64,000 nucleotides of DNA, taken from contig CAXHJY010000872.1 of assembly GCA_964016885.1 (NCBI GenBank), positions 1 to 64,000 of the forward strand, written 5' to 3'. This document shows positions 1-13,115 of this stretch, in pieces. Below the pieces are notes generated by a model. The model ran no database searches. It worked only from the letters and a program-made list of their open reading frames with translations, and was not told the DNA's origin. The position numbers and the translations under genes are program-made. Every line of letters starts with the position of its first letter. Positions within the stretch are counted from its first letter, which is position 1. This DNA is from Eledone cirrhosa. Lineage: Eukaryota.

Positions 1-299
1 GTTTTATATGGAAAAAATAGGCTCGAAATGCTAGGTTTTTAGAGAGGTAATGTGGTTGGTTGGTGAATAAGTATAATACATTTCGCACCAGTTCACGTTA
101 CAAAGTTCTTATTATATTTGCCTTTAAAAAAATAAGAAGGGGGGGGGGGGGGGCTCAGGTTGTTTTTTCACATATGAGTGAAGTTTGGTTGGTTGATGCA
201 GTCACTTGAATAAGCACATCAGCTTTCACCGCCAGTTTGTGTTTGAATTTCTCTTTACTTATATATATAAATATATATATATATATAAATATATATATA

Positions 300-517
300 T
301 TGGGAACGATCGACTTTCGTGAAATCGGACCGAGAGAACAATGTTTTCCGTTGATCTTTCCAATTGCTAATACTATCTATCGGTCGCAACTCCAGTAGAA
401 GGAGCAACGTGAAATAAAGTGTCTTGCTCAAGGACATAACGCATCGCCTGGTCCAGAATCGAACTCACAACCTTACGATTGTGAATCAATTCTCTAACCA
501 CTCAGCCACACGCCTTC
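300..517 (-). mobile_element. tRNA-derived SINE, family 2 (decayed)
   Basis: Reverse strand reads GGCGTGTGGCTGAGTGGTTAGAG...GTGAGTTCGATTCTGG (pol III A/B boxes) then GTCCTTGAGCAAGACACTTTATTTCACGTTGCT; related copies at 6345-6455 and 49395-49720. Confidence 0.65.
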
Positions 518-920
518 ATATATATATATACACACACACACATACATACATATATATATATACATATTTTAAAAGAGAAAATAGAGAAAGGGGAGAATAG
601 AAAAAGAGATAAGAATAATATGGGCGATATTCCAACGAGCAGAAAAAGAATGACACTGAAGCATAGAGAGGGTAAGAAGGGAGAATTGTGGAAGATAGAC
701 AGGGTGGTGTGACATCTGTTGTATGATATGGCTATGTCTTTAGAATATTAATTCAAAATAGGAAACGAAGTGTGGTGCTCCACTCAGTACTACCTTAAGT
801 GAACCGTCAGTAGTAAACTTGCAGATACTTACTACTTTTGTGACCTTCGAGCATTCCTCGGGCCACATATATTACAATAGCAACAACACCCTTCATACTT
901 CTTAATCATCTCAATATAAT

Positions 921-1073
921 TGTTTTTACTTTAGGCACAAGGCCAGCAATTTGAAGAGGAGGTTTTTAGAGATTATTCAAGAGTGTTCAAAATAATCTAT
1001 ATCACACGTAAGGATGAAAAGCTAAGCTAACTTCAGTGGGATTTGACCTCAGATCGGCAAGGGTCTGAGTTCA
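921..1073 (-). mobile_element. SINE family 1, with TSD
   Basis: Family tail TGTTTTTACTTTAGGCACAAGGCCAGCAATT and core AAGGATGAAAAGC; flanked by near-identical AATCATYTCAATATAAT (904-920, 1074-1090). Confidence 0.65.
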
Positions 1074-1917
1074 AATCATTTCAATATAATGAAGTAATTC
1101 CGGATTTTAAACAGTTCACTTCGTTTTATAATTAGCGCAGGTACCCTCAGGTGAGGTGGACCGCAGCTGTCACATTTGGTTTCTATTGTTTACCAGATAT
1201 ATAATTTTATATATTATAATTACTCCACACGTTAATCACCTCAATTCAATGAACCACTTTTCAGATTTGATACAGTTCACTTCGTTCTGTGATTAATATA
1301 CTTGACCTCAATAGAAAGAAATATTTAAATGCCATATTAAGAAGTCAATATCAACGGAACTGTATGTTGTAGTTTTTATAGATTTTGGTTTTGTCTAACT
1401 TATATAGTAACACTAAAACAATATTTACGGTCATAAGGTCTAGAACATTTCTTTGTGTTTTGTTGAAACTAAAACTATATAAGACAAACGTAAAGAAAAA
1501 GAACATAATTATTGTTAACATATGCAATTTGCTAGAGTAAGCAAACAAAGAAAACTCAAATACACAAAGGACTTTCTAAATGAATAACTACTGGCGTCTG
1601 TTTTTTTTTTTTTTATTATGCTTCTATATTTGTATTCTTATTGTTATTCATTCTATTAACGATCAGTTTATACTGTATATATATCTCGACAGTTAACTAT
1701 AAGTGCTTTCAGAGACTTTGTATTCAGAGAAATATTGAATGGACATTGTTGTTTGCTCGTAGGAAACAAAGTGTAAGAGAGTGAAATATTATTTGGTTTC
1801 GTTTGGCTTCAGTTTCAAGATTTCAAGGTTTATTGTATTACCGATGACATGTTAGATAGTACTGCGTAAGATTTAAACTGTAACCTGTATATATATATGT
1901 GTGGGGGTGTGTGTGTA

Positions 1918-2004
1918 AAATGTAAACAGAAATAACAACACAATCGGCACAGTATATGGAAGTAATATACTAGGTTAACGCTTGAAATAGCAGGAAGAGG
2001 GTCT
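1918..2004 (-). mobile_element. 3' fragment of HHR element family H (homolog of 21834-21920)
   Basis: Reverse complement of AGACCCTCTTCCTGCTAT...CCATATACTGTACCGATTGTGTTGTTATTTCTGTTTAC found just downstream of the HHR at 21801. Confidence 0.7.
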
Positions 2005-2089
2005 CTCTCTCTCTCTCATTATGTAAGCATGTGTGTGTGTTCGTCTATATATATATAGATAGATGAACACATGCCAAAAATTATATATA

Positions 2090-2149
<60 letters not shown>

Positions 2150-2156
<7 letters not shown>

Positions 2157-2910
2157 ATACTTTGGGAGGGTCATGTTGCCAATAAGAAACACACGCACCA
2201 GCTGCTCCCAATTCAATTTATTATAAATTAAATTTATAAATTTAGGAATTTATAAATTTCCGGTTGGTTGCTTGGTTCCACAACCAGACGATTGTTCATA
2301 TATTGTCAAAGTTCTTTCGTCACACATTCTGTGACCTCTAAACATTGCGTCTTTAAAAGACGCAATGTTTAGACAAATCACAGAGGCAATAAACAAAAAT
2401 GAACTCCAACCAAAATTAAATAGAAAACATGAATGGAACAGCAACATCACGACTTACAATTAAGGACAAAATGAAAACACACACATAGAACAAACAACCA
2501 ACCAGTAACATGTAAATAAACAAACAAATAAACAAATATAAACACACACAGACACCCGTATGTAACACATTGCACAAACTAAGCACACAATACACAAAAA
2601 CAAGATGGCGTAGGACAGAACAAAGGAGAGACACAAAAACAAAGAAAATAATCCTCAGTCCCTGAAGAGATCACAGAATGTGTGACGAAAGAACTTTGAC
2701 AATATATGAACAATCGTCTGGTTGTGGAACCAAGCAACCAACCGGAAATTTATAAATTCCTAAATTTATAAATTTAATTTATAATAAATTGAAGTGAAAG
2801 CAAATGGTGCGTGTGTTTCTTATTGGCAACATGACCCTCCCAAAGTATAACAATATCGATTTCAACACACAGTTTCAGATAAAGAATCTTGCTAAACAAA
2901 TTCAGAAACG
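2150..2910. mobile_element. PLE-like HHR element family A, head-to-head inverted structure in (TA)n
   Basis: 2150-2340 is the reverse complement of ~2666-2856; flanked by TA repeats; other copies at 37960-38303 and 62080-62445. Confidence 0.75.
2657..2701 (+). ncRNA. Type I hammerhead ribozyme motif (family A)
   Basis: AGTCC-CTGAAGA-GA-TCACA gaatg TGTGA-C-GAA-AG aa CT-T-TGAC; helix I imperfect in this copy. Confidence 0.6.
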
Positions 2911-3108
2911 ATATATATATATGAATGAATGAATGTATGTAATGTATAGTAAATACAGGAACAAGAAAGCAATAGTCGTATTAAATATTGTGTGAATTAG
3001 GAATATTTGTTTAGCGTTCTAGCTAGAGAATTGTGAAGAAAAGAGGGAGAATAGAATGAAATGAGAAAAACAAAGTAAAAACACACCCACCCAGACACAT
3101 AGACACAG

Positions 3109-3142
<34 letters not shown>

Positions 3143-3532
3143 GTGTCTTCAGTAATGATAAAAATACAAAGGTGAGATAATTGATTTTATCCCGTAATAC
3201 GTTGTAGTACATTTAACTGTGGCGGTAATTATTACATAATGCAGCCTTCACGCAATTAACGACAAGACTTCACCAGTCAGCATGTTAAAAAGGGAACTAT
3301 GATATTATGATACATTGGCTGAAATAGAAGCAAAGTATTTATTTAATATACGAAAAAAGAATCAATTCAATATCATTCATAGGAGTTTGCATACTGACAT
3401 CATAAAGGTAAAAGGGGATTAAAATCGTGTGAAAGTGCGCATAAATATATATGTATATTCGTTCGAATATGTACATATAAACGTGTTGTTTGAGATATAC
3501 TAACACATTAGCTATCCATGTATCTATCATTA

Positions 3533-3614
<82 letters not shown>

Positions 3615-3619
<5 letters not shown>

Positions 3620-4045
3620 TAAAATAACAGATTAAAGTTTAAGCAAAGAATCGCTGCTTTCACCCTTAACGGGAACTTCTGATACTAACAAAGTCAATCT
3701 GTGAACGCAGAAGTGAATATTTCAAAAAATGTTGCAACCGCAGGAAGACAGGAAGACGATACTTTGGTTCGTGGAAACGTTCCCTGGCAAAGAAGGGGAA
3801 AAAACGAAGATAATACGCCATTATTTTTAGCGGTGAAAAACAATTACTCGCAAAGACAAAACCACGTTTATGGTATAAAAGAGGTCGTAGACTAATATTC
3901 TCTTAGGTGGTTCATAGAGACGTTCTCTGGAGATGAACGGAAAAAACGAAGATAATACGTCATATGTGGAACGTGGAGAACAATTGCACGCAAAGACAAA
4001 ACCACGTAAATGGTATAACTGAAGTCGTAGACTAAAATTCTAACT
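3615..4045 (-). mobile_element. Non-coding (TA)n-embedded element family D with internal ~140-bp partial tandem repeat
   Basis: Homologous to 20014-20347 and 61760-62040 (opposite orientation); ends in AATAAA then (TA)n; AAAAAACGAAGATAATACG...GTCGTAGACTAA occurs twice. Confidence 0.65.
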
Positions 4046-4109
4046 AAGAAACCTAATGATTCTCGGCTTCAGAGTTAAGAATAAAGTAAATAAAATACAG
4101 AGGTAATTG

Positions 4110-4147
<38 letters not shown>

Positions 4148-4151
<4 letters not shown>

Positions 4152-4340
4152 CATAACAAAGGAATTGTGGTAAGGAACCAGATGGACCATAACGCACCAT
4201 AGTACTCAATACTTAGTGGGAAATAGGAACAAGTATCACCCCGACGGTAGAGCTCAAGCAGTTTCGTTGGCTATTTCTGGACTCAGTCCAGAAATAGCCG
4301 TCGAAACGGCTTGAGCTCTGCCGTCGGGGTCATACTTTTT

Positions 4341-4345
<5 letters not shown>
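4148..4345. mobile_element. Fold-back element family C carrying two half-hammerheads
   Basis: Arms ~4223-4282 and 4286-4345; right arm GAA-ACGGC ttgagctct GCCGT-C-GGGGTC; (TA)n on both sides. Confidence 0.75.
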
Positions 4346-4387
<42 letters not shown>

Positions 4388-4389
<2 letters not shown>

Positions 4390-4502
4390 TTAAGTTGTTA
4401 AACAATATTCGCTGATTATGTCAAAGAATGAGTTTTACAGTAGATTGGAAGCACTCAACGAAGAAATAATTTTCAGGAGTTATTAATATTAAAATATTTT
4501 AA

Positions 4503-4510
<8 letters not shown>
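4388..4510 (-). mobile_element. 3' fragment of HHR element family B
   Basis: Reverse-complement similarity to 15340-15440 (AATATTAATAACTCC...GTGCTTCYAATCTAYTGT). Confidence 0.5.
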
Positions 4511-4558
<48 letters not shown>

Positions 4559-4587
4559 CATACACACAAACATATTTATATATACAT

Positions 4588-4626
<39 letters not shown>

Positions 4627-4940
4627 ATATACTGATATAAGGCCACGTGCAGAGTGTTATATAATACAATATATAATGCATTGTATTTGTAGTCATCGAG
4701 GATTTGCCCAGGATTTAAGTACAATTTATTATTGGAAGTGCAACATAAAATTCAGATATAAAAAAATTAAATATATAAAATAGAAAGTAAATGTAAGAAT
4801 ATTATGTCTTCATATGAATATAATTCTTCATATGATACCATGTAGAATTTATAAAACCATTCAAAGCACAAAGAACAATTCTTTTACAATAATTTTCCAT
4901 TAAGTGTGAGAATTGTAAGCAATTCGTCAGGATACATTTA

Positions 4941-4988
<48 letters not shown>

Positions 4989-5010
4989 TAAATGTATCCT
5001 GACGAATTGC

Positions 5011-5085
<75 letters not shown>

Positions 5086-5091
5086 GTACGT

Positions 5092-5133
<42 letters not shown>

Positions 5134-5889
5134 ACGAAAACCTTAATGTATCGTATGTATAGAAATATGTATATGTACGTATGCATATATACACGTGTGT
5201 ATGTATATCCGTATATATATCTATATCAATCTATATGTATTTACATCAAACTCTCTCTCTCACTCTCTCATATATATATATATATTTATATATATTTATT
5301 ATAAAGCACACACACAATCTCAGTGTAAAATAGTGCATATTGCATAAGAAACAATACGAATCAAGAAAAAAACACGGATTCTTATAGAAAAAGAATAAAT
5401 TGTCTCCTTCATAAATATCCAACAAGAATTTTCCATTTTCAAAAAATTGTGCGTTCATCCCGATTATTGTGTATAGTATCGCACAGGACAGGACAAGGTT
5501 TCATATCTTGCGCAACGCTGTGATTGTATGTAATGTAATTATCTGTATCTTGTTATTACTATATTCGTAAATATGTGTTAGACCTGGAGAAGAGATGGGC
5601 TCCACCTGTTTTACAGGAATGCCTTAGAAACACCCTAAATATGCATTTATATTTCTATTCTTATTGTTATTCATTCTATTAACGATCTCTTTATATTGTA
5701 ACTGCTTTCATAGACTTTGTATTGAGAGAAATATTGACTGGACATTGATGTCTGTTCGTAGGGCCCCCTTATTGACGTATGGCGTTTCTAGCGCATTTCT
5801 AAACCTGGCGCAACCTATTTCCTTTCGAGCAGATCTCTTTCAGTGAACGAAAGAGCGAGTGAAAGAATGGAAGCCAGAAAAATTGAAGA

Positions 5890-6045
5890 AAAATTGACCC
5901 CAGTTCTAGAACGATACTTGTTTTATCGATCTCAAAAGGATGAAAGGCAAATTTGACCTCGGCGGGATTTGAACTCCGATAGCCGAAACGAATACTGCAA
6001 AGCATTCTATCCGACGTTCTAACGACATTTACAATTTGCCGCCCT
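5890..6045 (-). mobile_element. SINE family 1
   Basis: TTTTATCGATCTCAAAAGGATGAAAGGCAAATTTGACCTCGGCGGGATTTGAACTC core (Meta-domain-like plus B box). Confidence 0.75.
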
Positions 6046-6919
6046 TTTATTACGAATATGAAATTTTAATTCAGCCATGAGTGAATAGGAAAACGCTAGG
6101 CATTGAAATTATCCATAGTTATATTCATAAGTTGACAATTTCCAAGAAGAGAAACCAATAATGAAGTTGAAGATGTAATTAAGAAGTAATTAGTTAGATT
6201 ACTTCTTGGTTTCATAAGTTATTGCTTTTATCGCTGGCAGTGTTTATGTGAAATCAATGAAAGACGAACAATTCTATATATCTTAGCAAATAACGGAAAA
6301 TACTTAAGTCTCAGCAAACCAGTAGTTTTTTTTCATTTCCTACAAATGCGTGGCTTGCGAGTTGTATTCATAATCGAGAGATTGTGAGTTAAATTCCCAA
6401 TCAGGGCGAAGTATTTTGTCCTTGAGTAAGAAGCTTTATATCACGTTGCACCAGTGGTCTGAGAATTATTATCTTTTCTATAGTATTAATGATATCGAAA
6501 TCTCTAGTTCTAGAACTAGATAATTATCAGTGGTGAGGCAGCCTCTCGTTTGCCCACACCAGGAAGAGAAGGAAACCTAGTTTCCTCGGCTGTTTATCTA
6601 ATTATAGCAGTAGTTTTTGATGTTATGTCCATGTTGTACCAGTTAATTTAGTTCTTGGAATTATTGTGGGTCTATTGTAGCTTTTACAGTTGCTGTTTAA
6701 ATGTTATTATAGGTGCTGTATTCTAGTGTATTTTATGAAAGCTGGATGTGAGCGGTGACATTGATGTATATATATATGTCTATATGTATGTGCGTGTCCT
6801 CGTGTGTGTGTCCAATCATTTCCAGGTCTGAATGCACTAAATGTCTTCAAGAGAAGGATAGAGAGTGAGATTCTGGAAGTGTGAAAGACATACAGAAGAA
6901 GAAGCAACTCCAGTACTTA

Positions 6920-7050
6920 ACTAGTATTTGTTCGTATCCACTTCTAATGGCTGAAATGCAAATGTGACCTCGGCGGGATTCAAACCCAGAGCGTAGAGAG
7001 TCGAAACGAATACCACAAAGTACTCTACCTTGCGTTCTAATTCATATGAT
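6920..7050 (-). mobile_element. SINE family 1 (decayed)
   Basis: GACCTCGGCGGGATTCAAACCCAG core. Confidence 0.6.
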
Positions 7051-7063
7051 CCATATAATTCTC

Positions 7064-7127
<64 letters not shown>

Positions 7128-7707
7128 GAGTATTATGAGTTTCATATATATATACTTATATATAGTCGAGTATTATAAGTTTTATATATATTCTATATAT
7201 AAATATGTGTAAATTATGTAAGTAAGTAGTAAAAATATAAAACTTAATGTGTTAGTGTATGCTAAATATGTTTATATATCGTTAACTATTATGAAATTAA
7301 ACTCGCTTTTAAATATATAAAAAAATAACTTCCAGAATATTCTACTTTAGAATTTCCCCTAACTCAGTGAAGGAGAGGAAATAAATATAAATAGGGTGAT
7401 ATAGATTATTTTGTACACTCTTCAATAATCTCAGTAAACTTTTTATTGTGAAAATGAATAGAAACAAAACTACGTTTGTTTGGTAGTTTTTCGTGTATAT
7501 GCTGGGAGCTTCTATTAGATTTATTGATAAATCCGTTTAAAAACGAATCCCAGAAAATGGTTGAAAAAAAACCTATATATTTGATGTCCATTTTTATTCT
7601 GCTATCTGGAATAAATCTTTAGAAGTAAAGAAATATATATATACACAATATATATATATATATACACAATATATATATATATATAGTGTATATATACACA
7701 ATATATA

Positions 7708-7760
<53 letters not shown>

Positions 7761-7795
7761 GTGTATATATACACAATATATATATATATATATAC

Positions 7796-7829
<34 letters not shown>

Positions 7830-7993
7830 GTATATGTATTGCAAACAAGAAATATGTATGTATTCTGTGAAAGGATTTAAAGAAATCCTCAGAAAGCAAT
7901 CTTCACTAACTTCATTTTAGAAGATGGTGAAGATAGAACGTTCGGTGAAGCATGTTCTTTGAATGGGCAGATTCTTGGATAATAATAACAATA

Positions 7994-8024
<31 letters not shown>

Positions 8025-8043
8025 AAATAATAATAATAATAAC

Positions 8044-8082
8044 GATTTCTTTATTAACCACAAGGGTTTACATAAAGTAGAC
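8044..8082 (-). mobile_element. Extreme 3' end of Tx1-like LINE inside (AAT)n
   Basis: ATTTCTTTATTAACCACAAGGG matches the 3' terminus ATTTCTTTATTGGCCACAAGGG at 26603; embedded in (AAT)n. Confidence 0.55.
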
Positions 8083-8374
8083 AATAATAATAATAATAAC
8101 AATAACAATGATGTCAATATGAACAACAATAAAGCTATTTTAATGCGATCCTTGTCTTTCTTTTGTCCATATATTTTAACTCATTTTACTCGCATAATTA
8201 CATATAATCTTCGGTAAATGCCCATATTCATTCATCTGATTCTAATGGCAGCTGCCACAAATTCTTCCCTCTACTTTGCTTTTAAGTAATAATATAATAA
8301 TAATTGCTTACTCTATGCATATAATAGTTATATACACGCTGGTTAATACACTCAAAATTACACTAAACCATACA

Positions 8375-8415
<41 letters not shown>

Positions 8416-8434
8416 TATATATATATATGTATAC

Positions 8435-8480
8435 GTTGATTAGAATGCTGATGAAGTGTGTACGTTTTTGGGACACCCTG

Positions 8481-8482
<2 letters not shown>
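8435..8482 (-). mobile_element. Tc1/mariner-type terminal inverted repeat fragment
   Basis: Reverse strand TA-CAGGGTGTCCCAAAAACGTACACACTT, a typical Tc1/mariner end abutting TA. Confidence 0.55.
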
Positions 8483-8554
<72 letters not shown>

Positions 8555-8559
8555 GATTA

Positions 8560-8637
8560 TACACCGGGAATTAAAGTTTCTATCCACACACACATAGATG
8601 TATGTATGTGGATAGAAACTTTAATTCCCAGTGTATA
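8560..8637. repeat. Short fold-back in TA/CA microsatellite
   Basis: TACACCGGGAATTAAAGTTTCTATCCACA / TGTGGATAGAAACTTTAATTCCCAGTGTA; third related copy at ~8717-8750. Confidence 0.75.
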
Positions 8638-9054
8638 TATATATCTATATATACACACATACATACATACACACACACACATATATGTATGTATGTGTGT
8701 ATATATAGATATATATATACACTGGGAATTAAACTGTCTATACACATCATTGTTATGGGATTCAACGGCTGATCTGCGTAGAATGTCGTCCGTTATTAGT
8801 TTCAAAGAAGATTAAATACTACAATATATATTAAGCAATACAAACAACCTATTGTTATTACTATTATTATTATTGTTATTATTATTATTTGTATTACTAT
8901 AAACGCATACATACACAGACACACACATACTCACACAAACATACGTTCATGTGTACACATACACACACACACACATATATATACGCACACATAATTGTGT
9001 GTGTGATGGTATACAACATTGTCCAATATCTACCACACCATGATGAAATATAAT

Positions 9055-9605
9055 TATACATGCATATATACATATATATATATATACACACACACACATA
9101 TATATACACATATATATATACACACACGCACATATATATATATACACGCTTATATATATACACGCACATATATACAAACATATATATACACACATATATA
9201 TACACACACATATATACAAACATATATATATACACACATATATATACACACACATATATATATATAAACACACACATATATACACACGCACACATATATA
9301 CATACACATATATATATATAAACACACACGTATATACACACGCCCATATATATACACATATATACACGCACATATATACACACATATATACACGCACATA
9401 TATACACACATATATATATACCCACATATATATACACACACATATATATATATATAAACACACTCACATATACACACGCACACATATATACACACACATA
9501 TATATATAAACACACATATATACACACGCACATATATATATACACATATATATACATATGCACACATACATATATCTATATATGTGTGTGTGTGTCTGTG
9601 TGTCT
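9055..9605. repeat. Compound (TA)/(CA) microsatellite
   Basis: Directly visible. Confidence 0.9.
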
Positions 9606-10094
9606 GTATAAATATAAGTACTAATTATTTCTTTCTTTCCTTTTTCTCTGTATTAATTCACCCTCCATCACGTCCTCACATTTTTGCATTGTATCCGTTT
9701 GTCTAAGTAAAATCTTTGCCGACAAACTCTTCGAACATTCAATTATATTTGCTGAAATATTTTATATTCTCCACAGCCTTGGCACCATTGTTTGATGCTA
9801 ACATAAAACAACCGACTGATGACAATAGATAACTCTGTTCAAGGCTCGTTGTAGATTACCAGCTTCCATTTCATTGGTGGCAATGTTATACACAGATTAC
9901 TGAGTTATAACTTAGTTTAAGAGACAATGGCATGGCGGTTTGACGATAAGCATTCGGTCTTCCGTTCAACTGAATGGCTGATTCGTGAATTATCCTTTAA
10001 ATGTTTGATTAATATTCGGCATTTTACTATAAAACTGGGCCTTTTCAATTATTTCAAATACAAGTACAGTAATGCTTGTACTATAGGAAGGAAG

Positions 10095-10370
10095 AAATCG
10101 CTGGAAATATTTTAAGGGCGAACCCAACCGGGAGGAGAGCCTGGGTTAGATCCCAATTAACATGGTTGGTCTCGCTTGGGGACCCAGCCGGATCAGTTGG
10201 AGACATTTGTTTTTAACAGGACGCGCTGGAAGGAGTGTTTGAGGACTCTGCCCCAAGACTCTCACAGGAATAAGTGGGTGAAGAAGAAGAAGAAGAAGAA
10301 GAAGAAGAAGAAGAAGAAGAAGAAGAAGAAGAAGAAGAAGAAGAAGAAGAAGAAGAAGAAGAAGAAAGAG
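10095..10370 (+). pseudogene. RTE-clade LINE 3' end with (GAA)n tail
   Basis: Translates as ILRANPTGRRAWVRSQLTW...LGTQPDQLETFVFNRTRWKECLRTLP, the typical RTE C-terminus (P.G.R.RGRP..RW...DR..W), followed by a long (GAA)n. Confidence 0.6.
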
Positions 10371-10439
10371 GAATAAATGTAGACGACAAAGGATAAGAAG
10401 AATGCAAAGAAGAAGACGGAGGCACAGAAGGCGAAGAAG

Positions 10440-10575
10440 AAAAAGAAGAAAAAGAAGAAAAAGAAAGAGAAACAAAATAATAATAAGAAGAAAAAGAAGA
10501 AAAAGAAAGAGAAACAAAATAATAATAAGAAGAAAAAGAAGAAAAAGAAAGAGAAACAAAATAATAATAAGAAGA
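10440..10575. repeat. ~42-bp purine-rich tandem repeat x3
   Basis: AGAAGAAAAAGAAGAAAAAGAAAGAGAAACAAAATAATAATA repeated three times. Confidence 0.8.
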
Positions 10576-11159
10576 AATGGTTGAGTATTCCACATACAGC
10601 TGATATACCTGCAATATAATTCTCCGGAAGTCACTGAGTAACGTAATATGGGGTAATACTCTAACTTTAGACTTACGAGTAGTACAATCCCTGTTGTATT
10701 ATAATATCAGTGGTTGAATAGTTCATAGACACGCATACCCTAACCTGATTCTTAAACACAATTAGTCAGGCTCAACATGCAATAAGGTAAGTCTGGGATT
10801 TGGAACTTTAATTATAGGTATAATTCACATAACTGGCTTCAGTTTCAGTCTAAGCCTTCCATGAGGTCCACAAGGCTAGTCATTGCTTTAACAGGCAAGA
10901 GGAGCTTAAATTGCTAGCCATAGTTCCAGTATTTTTATAGGGTGATGGTGATAAAACTATATACGAAATCAGAGTATAAAAGGGTTTTAATAGCCACGAT
11001 GATTATTTCATGACAAAATAATTTATTAGGTGCTATCGGTGTAAATATGCGGTAGTAAATAGATCTCGCTTCGCAATCAAATCATAAAATGTAACCATTA
11101 TAGATTTTTCTTTTTATTTCTCTAATACTAACGTCAGCCATCAAACGTGTATTAATTCT

Positions 11160-12555
<1,396 letters not shown>

Positions 12556-12849
12556 ATCGATATTACCGATCACAAAGCTTTAACGTTTTGCTTTCTTAGC
12601 GTCCATATACTTTAATGTTCTTAGGCTTCCTGCAAATTTTATGACAATGGCAAAGAAGAAATACGATAGACGGAATCAAACTGCTTTGAACGGCCAATGA
12701 ACTCTTTGAAAATACTCTTATATTATTCCTTTTTTTACTGCATTTATGTATTCTAATATTATTTACGTCCATAAATATTTCGTACAAAAAAAAAATTGCG
12801 AACGGACTTACTTATCTGTTTGAGATTTTCATACATCTAAAAAGTACTA

Positions 12850-13115
12850 GGTAGCCGATTGGTAGAATCATTAGGACGCCGGATTAAATACACTGTCATT
12901 TAATCCGACAGTCTGCAGCGTCAATTTAAATCTCATTAGGGTCAACTTTGCCTTTTTATTCTTCGGATGCCAGTGAATAAATTGCGAGTCTAGGAATGGT
13001 GGGAGGATTGTTCAGATTGGTAGAGCATCGTACCAGGTGACATGTAGCATTTGATCAGATAAGATGCTTTGTAGCATTGAATTTGGCTCTGTGCATTCTC
13101 AGTTCAAATGCTGCC
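12850..13115 (+). mobile_element. Two old SINE family 1 remnants
   Basis: GGTAGAATCATTAGGACGCCGG and GTCAACTTTGCCTTTTTATTCTTCGG; second head GGTAGAGCATCG...AGTTCAAAT. Confidence 0.45.

Noticed and set aside
3755-3790. GGAAGACGA...TCGTGGAAACGTT in family D as HHR
   Set aside because: Core lacks CUGA and is antisense to the inferred element orientation.
4860-4937. Reverse-strand CTGACGA as HHR
   Set aside because: No GAAA/UH placement that closes helix I with TGTATC.
7406-7620. Non-repetitive minus ORF (also 15600-15713, 22587-22811, 53554-53793) as host exons
   Set aside because: No recognisable domain or convincing splice pair; small exons cannot be excluded without RNA-seq.
8448-8482. CTGATGA as HHR core
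   Set aside because: No helix II or GAAA follows; it lies in a Tc1/mariner-like end.
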